From: an uncultured Clostridia bacterium
GTDB lineage: Bacteria > Bacillota > Clostridia > Christensenellales > UBA3700
Direction: 5' to 3'
Assembly: GCA_947037025.1 (NCBI GenBank)
Contig: CAMQSU010000003.1
Span: 662 to 64,661, forward strand
Length of the DNA: 64,000 nucleotides
How positions within the stretch are numbered: position 1 is the stretch's first letter; each line of letters begins with the position of its first letter. The position numbers were made by a program, and so were the translations under genes. Shown one piece after another: positions 52,296 to 62,992 of this stretch. Under the pieces are notes generated by a model, which did no database searches, was not told the origin of the DNA, and saw only the letters and a list, made by a program, of their open reading frames with translations.

Positions 52296-52517
52296 ATGAA
52301 ATTGAATTATAAATTAAATGGGTTAGATTGTGCTAACTGTGGAGCAAAATTAGAAAGAGCAATTAAAAAGATAGAAGGTGTAGAGAGTGTATCAATTAGC
52401 TTTATGACACTTAATATGGTGATTGAGATAAATGAGAGTAATTTGGATGAAACTATATTGCAAGTCTTTAAAGTTGCCCGCAAAGTTATGCCAAAGCTTG
52501 ATATAAAAAGGCGTTAG
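52296..52517 (+). CDS. Heavy-metal-associated (HMA) domain protein
   Basis: GLDCANC. Confidence 0.92.
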   Translation: MKLNYKLNGLDCANCGAKLERAIKKIEGVESVSISFMTLNMVIEINESNLDETILQVFKVARKVMPKLDIKRR

Positions 52518-52555
52518 AAAATTTAATTATTTAAATTGATTTACGGAGGTGTTAA

Positions 52556-54481
52556 ATGAAAAAATTAATAGAGAAACTTGGCGGAGATATAAAACCTATC
52601 ATAAGGATTTTTATTGCAATGATTTTGCTTGCGACTGGTATGATAGTTATGGCAAATGTTGATGTGGCTAGCGATTATATATGGCTTGCAATATTTTTAC
52701 CCGCATATTTTATAATAGGTTACGATGTTTTATTTCGTGCAGTTACAAACATTGCAAGAGGTAAAGTTTTTGATGAATATTTTCTTATGACGATTGCAAC
52801 TGTTGGAGCTTTTGCAATTGGAGAATATCCTGAAGCTGTTGCGGTAATGTTGTTTTATCAAGTGGGAGAATTTTTTCAGCATCTTGCAACTGACAAGTCA
52901 AGAAAAAGTATAGCAGAGCTTATGGATATTAGACCTGATTATGCAAATATTATCCGAGATGGAGTAATTACGCAAGTGGATCCTTTTGATGTTACAATAG
53001 GCGACCTTATAGTTATTAAAACGGGCGAAAAAGTGCCGCTTGACTGCCTTGTTATAGAAGGAAGCTGCGCACTTGATACTTGTGCTTTAACAGGTGAGGC
53101 GATGCCAAGAGATGTTGAAGTTGGTTGCGAAATTTTATCTGGATCAGTGAACCTTAGCGGGGTTTTAACGGCAAGAGTAATTAAAGAGTACGGCGAGTCT
53201 ACGGCTAGTCGGATACTAGAACTTGTAGAGAGTAGTAGTAGTAATAAGTCATCGCAAGAAACTTTTATCAGTAAATTTGCAAAGTATTATACTCCATTAG
53301 TTGTTGTGGCAGCACTTATCATTGCGATAATTCCTCCACTATTTGTAGGCGGCTGGATTGAGTGGCTAAGCAGAGCTTTGACATTTTTAGTTGTTTCTTG
53401 TCCGTGTGCACTTGTAATATCTGTACCTATGAGCTTTTTTGCAGGTATAGGAAATGCAAGCCGCAACGGCGTTTTAATTAAAGGCGGAAACTATTTAGAG
53501 GCATTAGCAGCTAGTAAAGTTTTGGTTTTGGATAAAACGGGTACTATCACTCGTGGTATGTTTTCAGTAACTAAAATTTTAACTGATAGCATGACAGACA
53601 ATGAACTTTTGGAAATTGCAGCTCATGCGGAAGGTTATAGCTCGCACCCGATTGCACTTTCACTTAGGGCAGCGTATGGACTTGATATTGATTTATCTAG
53701 GGTTTGTGGAGTTGTAGAAAATGCTGGGTTTGGGCTTAGCAGTTTAGTTGATGGCAAGTCGGTAATTATCGGAAGTAGCAAAATTATGGATAGCAATAAT
53801 ATCGATTATTTATATAAAGATGAGATTGGGACTATATGCCATGTTGCAGTTGAAGGTGTTTATGTCGGTGCGATAGTAATTAGTGATGAGATTAAAGAAA
53901 ATAGCCGCTTGGCGATCGAGAATGTAAAGGCAGTCGGCATTAAAAAAGTAGTGATGCTTACTGGAGATAAAGCTGATACTGCACATGCTGTAGCTGAAAG
54001 TATTGGCATAGATGAAGTGTTTAGTGAGCTGCTGCCGACTGATAAAGTGGAGATTTTAGAAAGGTTACTTAGCGAGTTAGACAGCCGCGAAAAATTGATT
54101 TTTGTGGGTGATGGTATCAATGATGCACCAGTGCTTGCAAGGGCGGATATCGGAATTTCTATGGGCGGTATTGGTAGCGATAGCGCAGTGCAGGCTAGCG
54201 ATATTGTACTTATTCATGATGATTTAACAAAAATCGCGGATAGTATTCGCTTATCAAGGAAAACACTGTCAATAGTTAGGCAAAATATTTTTGTATCAAT
54301 CACCGTTAAATTAATTGTTTTGGTGCTTAGTGTATTTGGGCTTGCAAATATGTGGCTTGCAGTTTTTGCTGATGTGGGTGTTGCAGTTTTGGCTATATTA
54401 AATGCGATGCGTCTTATTAAATATAATCCATCTAAAATAGTTGTTAAAAAGCAATCATTAATTAAAAGCAAATTAAAGTAA
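52556..54481 (+). CDS. cadA: Cd/Zn/Co-translocating P1B-type ATPase
   Basis: SCPCALVIS, DKTGT, SSHP, VGDGINDAP, FADVG. Confidence 0.93.
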   Translation: MKKLIEKLGGDIKPIIRIFIAMILLATGMIVMANVDVASDYIWLAIFLPAYFIIGYDVLFRAVTNIARGKVFDEYFLMTIATVGAFAIGEYPEAVAVMLFYQVGEFFQHLATDKSRKSIAELMDIRPDYANIIRDGVITQVDPFDVTIGDLIVIKTGEKVPLDCLVIEGSCALDTCALTGEAMPRDVEVGCEILSGSVNLSGVLTARVIKEYGESTASRILELVESSSSNKSSQETFISKFAKYYTPLVVVAALIIAIIPPLFVGGWIEWLSRALTFLVVSCPCALVISVPMSFFAGIGNASRNGVLIKGGNYLEALAASKVLVLDKTGTITRGMFSVTKILTDSMTDNELLEIAAHAEGYSSHPIALSLRAAYGLDIDLSRVCGVVENAGFGLSSLVDGKSVIIGSSKIMDSNNIDYLYKDEIGTICHVAVEGVYVGAIVISDEIKENSRLAIENVKAVGIKKVVMLTGDKADTAHAVAESIGIDEVFSELLPTDKVEILERLLSELDSREKLIFVGDGINDAPVLARADIGISMGGIGSDSAVQASDIVLIHDDLTKIADSIRLSRKTLSIVRQNIFVSITVKLIVLVLSVFGLANMWLAVFADVGVAVLAILNAMRLIKYNPSKIVVKKQSLIKSKLK

Positions 54482-54794
54482 GGTGATGCATAGGCAAGTA
54501 AGCGATTGTAAATCAAAATGATGGGAGTGCGAAATAAGTCTTATATATCAGCATAATTTATCAACATAATCTTTGGTGAACTAGTAGAAAATATGTGATT
54601 TGCAACAGAAATTATGCTTAAATTAGTCTTTTTGATGCTATTTAGCTGTAATTTAATGCTAATTTTGAAAACATATTGAATTTATGAATTAAAAGTGCTA
54701 TAATGTAATAGACTTAATTGTATAGCAGTCTGTCGCAATCATGTAAGACAATATTTGCTAAAAGTCAGTAAAATAAATTTTTATGAGGTGGATT

Positions 54795-55376
54795 ATGTTA
54801 AGAGATATAGTTTCTATAGCGGGTGACGCTAGAGTTGAGAAGGGAAGTGTAAAGGAACAGGTTGCGTTTGACACAGGGCGCGCACTAATTGACGCGGGTT
54901 ACAGAGTTCAGACTGGCGGTCTTGGAGGTGTAATGGAGGCTGTTTGTCGCGGTGCTAGGTCATCAGAGAAATATCGTGACGGAGATATTATCGCACTAGT
55001 TCCATCTTATGATGCGACTGAAGTAAATGAATATGCAGATATCGTTATTCCTACCGGTCTTGACGTTATGAGGAATGCTATGGTTGCTAATGCTTGTGCG
55101 GTTATTGCTATCGGCGGTGGCTCGGGTACGCTTTCTGAAATGGCTTTTGCATGGTCTTTTTCTAGACTGTTGATTGCTTATGATAATGTTGGCGGCTGGA
55201 GTAGCAAGCTTGCAGGCACTAGAGTTGATAGCAGAGTTAGATATCCGGATATCCCTGAGGATAAAGTTTATGCTGTATCATCTGCTGATCAGGCAATTGG
55301 GTACCTTGATAAATATATCAAATTGTATACTAAACGTCATAAAGGAATTGTATTTATTGACGGTATCAGGAAATAA
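54795..55376 (+). CDS. LOG/SLOG family nucleotide-binding protein
   Basis: TGGLGGVMEA, RN, IGGGSGTLSE; ATG after GAGGTG. Confidence 0.88.
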   Translation: MLRDIVSIAGDARVEKGSVKEQVAFDTGRALIDAGYRVQTGGLGGVMEAVCRGARSSEKYRDGDIIALVPSYDATEVNEYADIVIPTGLDVMRNAMVANACAVIAIGGGSGTLSEMAFAWSFSRLLIAYDNVGGWSSKLAGTRVDSRVRYPDIPEDKVYAVSSADQAIGYLDKYIKLYTKRHKGIVFIDGIRK

Positions 55377-55485
55377 TTTATTATAAAAGAATAGATAATT
55401 GTAGGTTTATTTCTATTGATTAAAATCTGCATTTAAAGTGTATTGTATTAATATTATAATATAATATATAAACTACTAATTTAAT

Positions 55486-55521
55486 AATCGCCCTGCTTAT
55501 GTGATTTAAGTAGGGCGATTT
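55486..55521 (+). terminator. Terminator-like hairpin
   Basis: AATCGCCCTGCTTA...TAAGTAGGGCGATT. Confidence 0.75.
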
Positions 55522-55639
55522 GCACAGCTTGTGCAGCGCTGCGCAAGCTGCGAGAAATGTGCGCAGAAAAATTAGTGTTGTTGCTCTAGTTGTTGACTAA
55601 AAAATTCTTATGTGTTATTATATACAAATAGGAGTATAT

Positions 55640-56200
55640 ATGTTGGGATTATTTATTGCATCAATGTCGATCGTGTTGGTTTTTTCGCTGGCTAGGCTTG
55701 CTGTAGGCGTTTATTTTCACGCTATGAAAGTGGTATATTATAAAAGCATTGTTGTAGACATACTTGATTATGTCTGCATTGTTATGTACATAATTATGGC
55801 AATAATGCTTGCTGTTAGTTTGGAGATTGCCGGTGTTTATGGCAAAGGTGAAGTTAATTTAACCGTTATCAGTCTTGCAGTCGTTGGTGGAATGTTCACA
55901 CTTGAAAGAGCATATAAAATGTATATGAATAGAAATATGCTTGGCGTTAGGTCGGCTGCTTTTGACTTGAAGGCAATGAGCAAGCGTGCAGAGTTTGAAT
56001 CACTATTAAATGTTTCTATGAATGAAATAACCATTGATAAGAGTAAATTTGATGAGTTTGATTTGCTAATTTCCGGAGATTGTTATAGCGAGTATTCGTT
56101 AAATGTAACTAAAACGTGGATTAACAAAGTAGCTGTACTTCTTATCCCTGTTGTGATTGCTATTGCAATACTGACAGCTGGAGTAGTGCTTGCAGCTTAA
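55640..56200 (+). CDS. Hypothetical membrane protein (about 4 TM)
   Basis: Hydrophobic segments; AGGAG RBS. Confidence 0.7.
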   Translation: MLGLFIASMSIVLVFSLARLAVGVYFHAMKVVYYKSIVVDILDYVCIVMYIIMAIMLAVSLEIAGVYGKGEVNLTVISLAVVGGMFTLERAYKMYMNRNMLGVRSAAFDLKAMSKRAEFESLLNVSMNEITIDKSKFDEFDLLISGDCYSEYSLNVTKTWINKVAVLLIPVVIAIAILTAGVVLAA

Positions 56201-56256
56201 TTTGTTTGCTGTAAATGATAGATGAATTCGGCGTTTTGTCGGATATTGGAGAGTAT

Positions 56257-57066
56257 ATGCAAGGAAAATTATATATTGTTGGCACGCCTATCGGTAATAT
56301 GTCCGATATGACTTACAGGGCGGTTTCCACCCTTAATGAGGTTGATACTATCGCTTGCGAAGATACTAGGCATAGTCTGATTCTGCTTAATCGTTATGAA
56401 ATTAAAAAACCTTTAATGAGCTACTACATGCATAAAGAGCGTGAGAGCGGTGAGAGGATTATTACTCTATTGCGTGAAGGAAAAAATGTAGCGCTTATCA
56501 CTGACGCCGGTATGCCGTGCGTTTCCGACCCTGGCGCCGTACTTGTTAGTATGGTTAGAGATGCCGGTCTTGAATGCACAGTTATTCCCGGCCCGACTGC
56601 TGTTGCAAGTGCAATGGCGCTTACAGGTATCACTAGGAGAGGCTTTTGCTTTTTAGGTTTTTTGCCAGAGAAGAAAAAAGAAAAAATTGCTTTAGTTACT
56701 CCTTATTGTGATATTGATATTCAGCTTGTTTTTTATTCATCTCCGCATGATATTAATGATCATATCGATTTTCTGTATTCCGTTTTAGGTGATAGGAAAG
56801 TGTTTGCAGTAAAAGAAATTACTAAGATATTTGAGCGTGTTGAGTGCGGAACTTTAGGTGAGTTTCACATAGAGCAACCGCGTGGCGAGTTTGTGCTTAT
56901 CATTGAAGGTAGAGTGGCGGCTAATGCAAAAGTAGAACTTTCTATTGCTGACCATTTTAATGCGAATTTGGCTACGGGACTAACTAAAAAAGACGCTATC
57001 AAGCTTACTGCTAAAGAGCGTGGCGTTCATAAGGATGAAGTATATAAAGTTGCTATTGACCTGTAA
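56257..57066 (+). CDS. rsmI: 16S rRNA (cytidine1402-2'-O)-methyltransferase
   Basis: GTPIGN..D, CEDTR, DAGMPCVSDPG, EITKIFE, RGEFV. Confidence 0.96.
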   Translation: MQGKLYIVGTPIGNMSDMTYRAVSTLNEVDTIACEDTRHSLILLNRYEIKKPLMSYYMHKERESGERIITLLREGKNVALITDAGMPCVSDPGAVLVSMVRDAGLECTVIPGPTAVASAMALTGITRRGFCFLGFLPEKKKEKIALVTPYCDIDIQLVFYSSPHDINDHIDFLYSVLGDRKVFAVKEITKIFERVECGTLGEFHIEQPRGEFVLIIEGRVAANAKVELSIADHFNANLATGLTKKDAIKLTAKERGVHKDEVYKVAIDL

Positions 57067-57145
57067 ATTTATAGGTTGAACTTTATAACAGATATTACCA
57101 AACTATAGATAAATTATATTTTTAAATATTATATCCATGTGTTTA

Positions 57146-57559
57146 TTATTTACTAATATTAATTTTTGCATTGCTTTGTGCGACATTGTTTTCTGCGATG
57201 ATTGCATTTACTGCATCTTCGTGCGAGCGAGCAATCTGCATAAGTTTTCGTGTTTTCATGCTGATTGGCTGAACGGTGTAACTTTGGCTGTCTGTCGCCG
57301 AGTTTGTCTGCGTAGATTGGTTGACTGCAGATGATTGCGTGTTAGTTGAAGGATGTAAATTATCAGTGCTTGCCATGTCAAAATTATTGCTAAATGCAAA
57401 ATTATTGTTAGATTGTTGGCCATTGTTATAGTTAGTAATAGGGGTTTGCTCGGGGAACATTGTAGTATTGGTTAATATGTTTTCTTTGTTTTCCGTAAAT
57501 TGTTGAGGTTTTGCCTTGGGATTTGTAAAGAAACCATTGTAATTGCTAAACTTTTTCAT
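57146..57559 (-). CDS. Hypothetical N/Q/S/T-rich protein
   Basis: AAGGAG RBS, low-complexity centre, no recognised domain. Confidence 0.6.
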   Translation of the reverse strand: MKKFSNYNGFFTNPKAKPQQFTENKENILTNTTMFPEQTPITNYNNGQQSNNNFAFSNNFDMASTDNLHPSTNTQSSAVNQSTQTNSATDSQSYTVQPISMKTRKLMQIARSHEDAVNAIIAENNVAQSNAKINISK

Positions 57560-57690
57560 ATTTTCTCCTTTTTTTTAAGAAAGTATCTACAAAGCATTGA
57601 TTTATTTGCTTCTTTATATTATAATAGTATATGTTAATATTTATGCGTGATGATTGTATCACGCGACAATTTAGATTACGGGAGAATGTT

Positions 57691-59190
57691 ATGTCAAAAT
57701 ATATTAAAAAGATATCTATGGTTATTACTGTTGTTCTAGTTGCACTTGTGTCACTAGTGGCTTGCTCAGCGCAAATCACGTTATTAGAGGGTGGTGACCC
57801 TACTGCTGTTACTAAAAACAACAACTCTTTTATCGTGACTCAAGGCGATTACATGTATTACACTAACGGTAGCGTTGGTTACGATGCAATTGTTGAGGCT
57901 GATGATAATACTTACGGTAATGTTGTTAAAGGCGCTATTTATCGCTCTAAACTTGATGGTACGGATGCTAAAGTCCTTGTGCCTCAAATCGCGATGGACA
58001 ATAATAGCAAAAATAGTTTGAATATTTTTGGTGAGTTCCTTTACTTCACTTCTCCATCAGTAACTACATCTAAAGATGGTGATCTTCAGACTACTTTTAC
58101 TGACTTTTATAGAGTTGATATCACTGGTGATAATTTAGAGAAAATTACTACTCTTGAGACTGATTCTATGGAGTATAAATTCACAAATTTAGGTCTTTAT
58201 TACATTGAAGGTTCGGATGTTTTTTATGTTCCTTATAATGACGGAATTGGCAAAGTTAAGACTGTAGTTGAGGGCGTTGAATCATCTTTCTTATCTACTT
58301 GCGAAACTTATAATCCCGCTGATGCTGTTAAAGCTTCAATGAATTCTGCTTATACTAAATCTCCAGAGGAAATCGATGGTGATCCATATAACATTATGTA
58401 TGCATTAAAGTCTAACGGCGAGACTGCTGTTTTATTAGACGGCAAAACTTCTAAGACTAAATACGAGATTAAGCACGTTGAGAGTGAGGGCGAAAATACA
58501 ATAGTTTATTATAATAAGACTATCACTAAAAATTCTGTTGCTGATCCTTCTGCATTGTTTGCTACTAAGTTTGATAAAGACCTTAAAGTTGTTACAGAAA
58601 AACAAATGAATATTGCAGCTCACGATTCTGCAACTATTAGATACAACACGTTTGATGACGGAGCTTTTGTAATTAATGGTGATGATATGTATATCCCTAC
58701 AATTAGTGCTGATGGTACTGAATATGATGGAAAGAAAATCAGCTATAAGTTCAATGGTGATTTGACAGCAACTGAAATATTTGATATCCGCGTTGAAGGT
58801 GACAGTCAATTCTTATACTATTTCAAGACTAATGGATTGTACAAACAGAAGATGAATCCAGCTGGCATAACTAATCCTAGCAACAAAAATGATTTTGGAT
58901 TTATAGGCACTCCAACTCCGGTTGTTAAAGAGTATATTAAAACTGATGGCGTTGCTCCTGTTCTTATAGGGAATAACTTCTATTACATTAATACAAACTA
59001 CTTAAACTACATGTATGTTGTAGATATTTCTGATATAGCTAATAAGCATTCTATTATTGGTCTTAGAACTGATGATGATATAGAGTCTTACATTAAGTTT
59101 GTTGATGAGATGGAAGAGGATGTTCGTATTTTGCACGATGCTCTTATTACTGAAGACTTAGAAGATATCAAACCGTTTGAAAAGAAATAA
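57691..59190 (+). CDS. Lipoprotein with DUF5050-like beta-propeller
   Basis: LVAC lipobox; GDYMYY, IYRSKLDG, FLYF repeats. Confidence 0.75.
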   Translation: MSKYIKKISMVITVVLVALVSLVACSAQITLLEGGDPTAVTKNNNSFIVTQGDYMYYTNGSVGYDAIVEADDNTYGNVVKGAIYRSKLDGTDAKVLVPQIAMDNNSKNSLNIFGEFLYFTSPSVTTSKDGDLQTTFTDFYRVDITGDNLEKITTLETDSMEYKFTNLGLYYIEGSDVFYVPYNDGIGKVKTVVEGVESSFLSTCETYNPADAVKASMNSAYTKSPEEIDGDPYNIMYALKSNGETAVLLDGKTSKTKYEIKHVESEGENTIVYYNKTITKNSVADPSALFATKFDKDLKVVTEKQMNIAAHDSATIRYNTFDDGAFVINGDDMYIPTISADGTEYDGKKISYKFNGDLTATEIFDIRVEGDSQFLYYFKTNGLYKQKMNPAGITNPSNKNDFGFIGTPTPVVKEYIKTDGVAPVLIGNNFYYINTNYLNYMYVVDISDIANKHSIIGLRTDDDIESYIKFVDEMEEDVRILHDALITEDLEDIKPFEKK

Positions 59191-59238
59191 TTTCTTCTCA
59201 GTTTATATATAATAGCATTTAATATTGAATAATAATAT

Positions 59239-59271
59239 AAATAGTGAGTGCTTTTTTATCACTCACTATTT
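59239..59271 (+). terminator. Terminator-like hairpin
   Basis: AAATAGTGAGTG...CACTCACTATTT. Confidence 0.75.
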
Positions 59272-59322
59272 GCGTTAAAATACACTCTGCTATAAATAAT
59301 GTAGTAGAAAAATGAGGTTATA

Positions 59323-60093
59323 ATGAATATTACTTTAGGTACACTAGTTAAAAAAATAATGAAAAAATGGTATATAATTGCAAGTACTATCCTTGTCATG
59401 ATTGTAGCGGCACTTATATATTCTGTTTATATTGTAGATGCAAACTATGTTAATACTGCAACAGCTACTCTGAAATATAATAACTCAGTAGCGTCGACTG
59501 GATATATATCCGATGCAGATTTTAATCAGATGCAGCGGTTAATGTTGGATGATGAATTTAATGAGACAATTATAGAGAAGTTAGGAGCTTATGGTATTGC
59601 AGGGCTTGATATTTATAATATTGATCTTGAAAAAATAATTGTACTAAAAGAAGGTAGTAAGAGCAGTTTGATAACTTTTACTAGTTCATACTCTGACGCT
59701 GAATTGTCATATGAAATTTTAACTGCATATGTTAATATTCTACAAAATGATCTTAATCCTTATAATCTTTACGGAAATGTAGATGTCTATTTTGCTATAG
59801 GAATTATTGAAGACGCAAGTATAATTAATCTAAATGATAATATGGCAAAGATGCTGATTTTAGCTGTTGGAATTGCTATTATGTTTAGTGTTATTGGATT
59901 AGTAGTATACTTTATAACTGCTCGCAATCTTAAAAATATTATGGATTTCCAAAGCGAATTTGATATAAAGGTATTAGGTATTATTACTTTTGATAATGAT
60001 GGAAACATGACTTGCGATGGAGAAAATAAGAAAAGTGTTACACTTGAACATTTAAATAATAAGGATGAGGAGGTATGTCATGATGGGGAATAA
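59323..60093 (+). CDS. Wzz/CpsC-like polysaccharide co-polymerase
   Basis: KKWYII TM1, C-terminal TM2 and ..EFDIKVLGII tail. Confidence 0.8.
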   Translation: MNITLGTLVKKIMKKWYIIASTILVMIVAALIYSVYIVDANYVNTATATLKYNNSVASTGYISDADFNQMQRLMLDDEFNETIIEKLGAYGIAGLDIYNIDLEKIIVLKEGSKSSLITFTSSYSDAELSYEILTAYVNILQNDLNPYNLYGNVDVYFAIGIIEDASIINLNDNMAKMLILAVGIAIMFSVIGLVVYFITARNLKNIMDFQSEFDIKVLGIITFDNDGNMTCDGENKKSVTLEHLNNKDEEVCHDGE

Positions 60094-60718
60094 TTTAGAT
60101 GACAGAACTAGCGCCGTAATGGCGAGTTCGGAGATGCTAAATATCGTTAATAATCTGATTGAAGTTGTAGACAATAATAAGAACAGCCCGATCGCGATTA
60201 TGCCGCTTTCTAATAATCATAGATCTGCTGAAGTGGTGTCTACTATTGCTAGTACTATTAGTAGTTATGCAAGGAAAGTTATTTTGATAGACGCTTTAAC
60301 TGATGGAAATTTCGAAATTTGCACTAATGGACAGGATGGTTTGTTTGAGTACATTGTTGAGGATAAAGATCTAGAAAAGTGTATAATAAAAAACGCTAAT
60401 CTAAGCTATGATATAATGCCGTCTGGCAATATGTTGAACGGTATAGAGTTAGCACATCACGCAGATTTTGAAGCTAAAATAACAGCTTTATATAAGTTTT
60501 ATGATGTTGTTTTTGTGTGCGTTACCAAAGCATTCGATGGCGTTACAGCTTCAATTGCAAACAAAATTGGTCAAACTATGATTATCATTGATAAGAGCAT
60601 TGATAATCAGCGCGACCTTATCACGTCTAAAAATTCTCTTTCAAACTTTATAGGAGCTGTAATTTTGAAATCTTCTAAACGTACATTCAAACAGTGGTTG
60701 AACACTAAAAGTAAGTAA
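60080..60718 (+). CDS. Degenerate CpsD/CapB-like BY-kinase domain protein
   Basis: KVILIDA, GLFEYI, DIMPSG, YDVVFV, IGAVI; Walker A and Tyr cluster absent. Confidence 0.7.
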   Translation: MMGNNLDDRTSAVMASSEMLNIVNNLIEVVDNNKNSPIAIMPLSNNHRSAEVVSTIASTISSYARKVILIDALTDGNFEICTNGQDGLFEYIVEDKDLEKCIIKNANLSYDIMPSGNMLNGIELAHHADFEAKITALYKFYDVVFVCVTKAFDGVTASIANKIGQTMIIIDKSIDNQRDLITSKNSLSNFIGAVILKSSKRTFKQWLNTKSK

Positions 60719-60760
60719 TTAAACTTTATAGAGATGTGAATATCAAAAGAGGAGGATGAC

Positions 60761-61660
60761 ATGAATATATTGAATATATTGTCTTCATCAGCAGGCATTT
60801 GGCTTGATGAAACATTTAGAGCATTTGATCATGCTATTTTACAAGCGTTTAGGGATTTGCATGAGAGCGCGGGTGTGTTTTTTGACCCGTTTTTCAAATT
60901 TATTACCTATTTAGGTGATGAAGGTATTGCAATAATTATTTTTGCTTTAATGCTTGTATGTTTCAATAAAACAAGGCGTGCTGGAGTTTCTGCCGGTGTT
61001 GCGATACTTATTGGTATTATAATAACTAATTTAATACTTAAAAATGTAGTTGATAGGGCTAGACCTTATAATTCGAGCGATGAATATTACCGATGGTTTG
61101 TAGAAGTATTTAATAGTGGCTTAAGTGATAAATCTTTCCCATCAGGACATGCGACAGCGGCATTTGCTTTAGTTACAGCGTTGTTCCTTGTGGGTGATAA
61201 GCGTTACAGCTGGCTTGGGTTTATTTTCGGATCATTGATGTGCATTTCAAGAATTTATCTTGTAGTTCATTATCCTACCGATGTCATTGCGGGTGCTCTA
61301 GTTGGTATTATTTCAGGAATTGGTGGATATTTTATTACTTCAGCAATTTATAAGAAAATAAATAAACATGATAACCGTTTTACTAATGTGTTTCTCACGT
61401 ATGATGCATTTTCTGTTATTAATTCAATTAAAGCGAAGTATAATAAGAAAAAGCAAGTTGCTGTTGCCCCTCCTATATTAGGTTGTGATTGCGGTAGTGA
61501 TGACAATTTAAGCGGCGAAACTGATGCAAACGAAGAAAGCGCAAACGAATTAAACAACAGCTTAGATTTAGTGAATGATGTTAATGTGGAAAGTAGCGTT
61601 AAATCAGATGCTAATCAAGCAGTTGACGTGTTAAATAATAAAGAAGATAAAAAAAAGTAA
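60761..61660 (+). CDS. PAP2 family phosphatase (undecaprenyl-PP phosphatase-like)
   Basis: K-x6-RP, SFPSGH, SRIYLVVHYPTDV. Confidence 0.92.
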   Translation: MNILNILSSSAGIWLDETFRAFDHAILQAFRDLHESAGVFFDPFFKFITYLGDEGIAIIIFALMLVCFNKTRRAGVSAGVAILIGIIITNLILKNVVDRARPYNSSDEYYRWFVEVFNSGLSDKSFPSGHATAAFALVTALFLVGDKRYSWLGFIFGSLMCISRIYLVVHYPTDVIAGALVGIISGIGGYFITSAIYKKINKHDNRFTNVFLTYDAFSVINSIKAKYNKKKQVAVAPPILGCDCGSDDNLSGETDANEESANELNNSLDLVNDVNVESSVKSDANQAVDVLNNKEDKKK

Positions 61661-61690
61661 AATAATACATAAGTCGTGTTTTACGATATT

Positions 61691-61726
61691 AAAAATACCA
61701 TTCGATAAACTATCGAATGGTATTTT
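61691..61726. terminator. Bidirectional terminator
   Basis: AAAATACCATTCGATA-aac-TATCGAATGGTATTTT. Confidence 0.9.
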
Positions 61727-61854
61727 GTTATATTAAATTGTTTTAAAGAATAAAGTGATATATTAATTTGATTAATAATTATTACTGGATATAGTTTAAC
61801 AATATAATTTACATTTTGCGTGTATAGTATTGCAATGTAGTAATTTATTGTATA

Positions 61855-62631
61855 TTATATTTCATTGTATTGCGTTTTTGCTAAAGATGGCGTAATTCCT
61901 GTTATGCTTATGAAGTTTCTATTAAAGTTTCTAACACTATCATAACCGCATTCAAGAGCGATTTCATGCATGTTAAGATTGTTTTCCTTTATTAGTGCGA
62001 TAGCATATTCTATTCTGTACTCATTAATAACTCGTGACAAATTTTGACCGAAGCACTTGCCAAAAATGTTTGAAACATAGTGACTGTTATATTCTAATAA
62101 TTCTGATAACTCAATAAGATTAGGTGATTTGTTGAAGTTTTCATCTAAATATTTAAGTGTATCTAGTGTGAACGAGCGATATTTGGCGTCACGTGTATAG
62201 AATACATTATCCTCATTAAATATAGAAAACATCATGCAAAGATGAGCAGTGACTCTGTATTTGTCGGTAATATGCTCTTTAAGATCAGTTATAATATCTG
62301 GCATATTTGTAAGCCTAAATATAGGAGTTTTGGCATATAAATCGTTGTAATATTCCGCTAGATCAGGAATGTATTTACAAGGGAATACACCTACAAAAAT
62401 TTTGCTGCTACTCGTAGATATTATGCTGTGTGTTTGGTTCGGCATTATAATACTGGTGTCTCCAGCTGTAAGCGTTTGCATTACATTATCTATTAGCAAA
62501 TCGATTGTTCCATCGTAGCAGTGCACGAACTGTACATCACTATGGTAATGTAGTTTAGAAGTGTGGTTTGTATAGTCCGCTATGGATATTTGACCATTCT
62601 TTATATCGAACTTTCTCATGCTTTCATTCAT
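61855..62631 (-). CDS. AraC family transcriptional regulator
   Basis: Cupin N-terminus (LHYH); C-terminal IALECGYDSVRNFNRNF..ITGITP. Confidence 0.93.
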   Translation of the reverse strand: MNESMRKFDIKNGQISIADYTNHTSKLHYHSDVQFVHCYDGTIDLLIDNVMQTLTAGDTSIIMPNQTHSIISTSSSKIFVGVFPCKYIPDLAEYYNDLYAKTPIFRLTNMPDIITDLKEHITDKYRVTAHLCMMFSIFNEDNVFYTRDAKYRSFTLDTLKYLDENFNKSPNLIELSELLEYNSHYVSNIFGKCFGQNLSRVINEYRIEYAIALIKENNLNMHEIALECGYDSVRNFNRNFISITGITPSLAKTQYNEI

Positions 62632-62992
62632 ATATTATACCTCTCTATAATCTTACTTTATGTCTATATAATATAGTATTTGTCTGTATTTGTCAATCTT
62701 TTTAATGTAAATAAATTTAATTAAACATATATTTAAGTCTTATAGACAATTTGTTCTACAATTAGTTGGTAGAAGCCAATTGATTTGCATTTAAATTAAA
62801 ATTTATTAGATATTATATATAAATCTACAATATTTTATCGCATTTATAATTAATAGTATTAATATATTTATTCAGAAATACGATTGAAAAATTGATAAAT
62901 TTTTAAAATAATATTGATTTTGCTATTGCAGTATTGGTAAATTTATGATATAATTATATTGTTAATAATATAATGTTACTTATGAGGTGTTT

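Noticed and set aside
50100-54600. Intact integrative element at the rlmD 3' end
   Set aside because: No recombinase or relaxase; only a short CACGTTG match near 52164, insufficient for an att repeat
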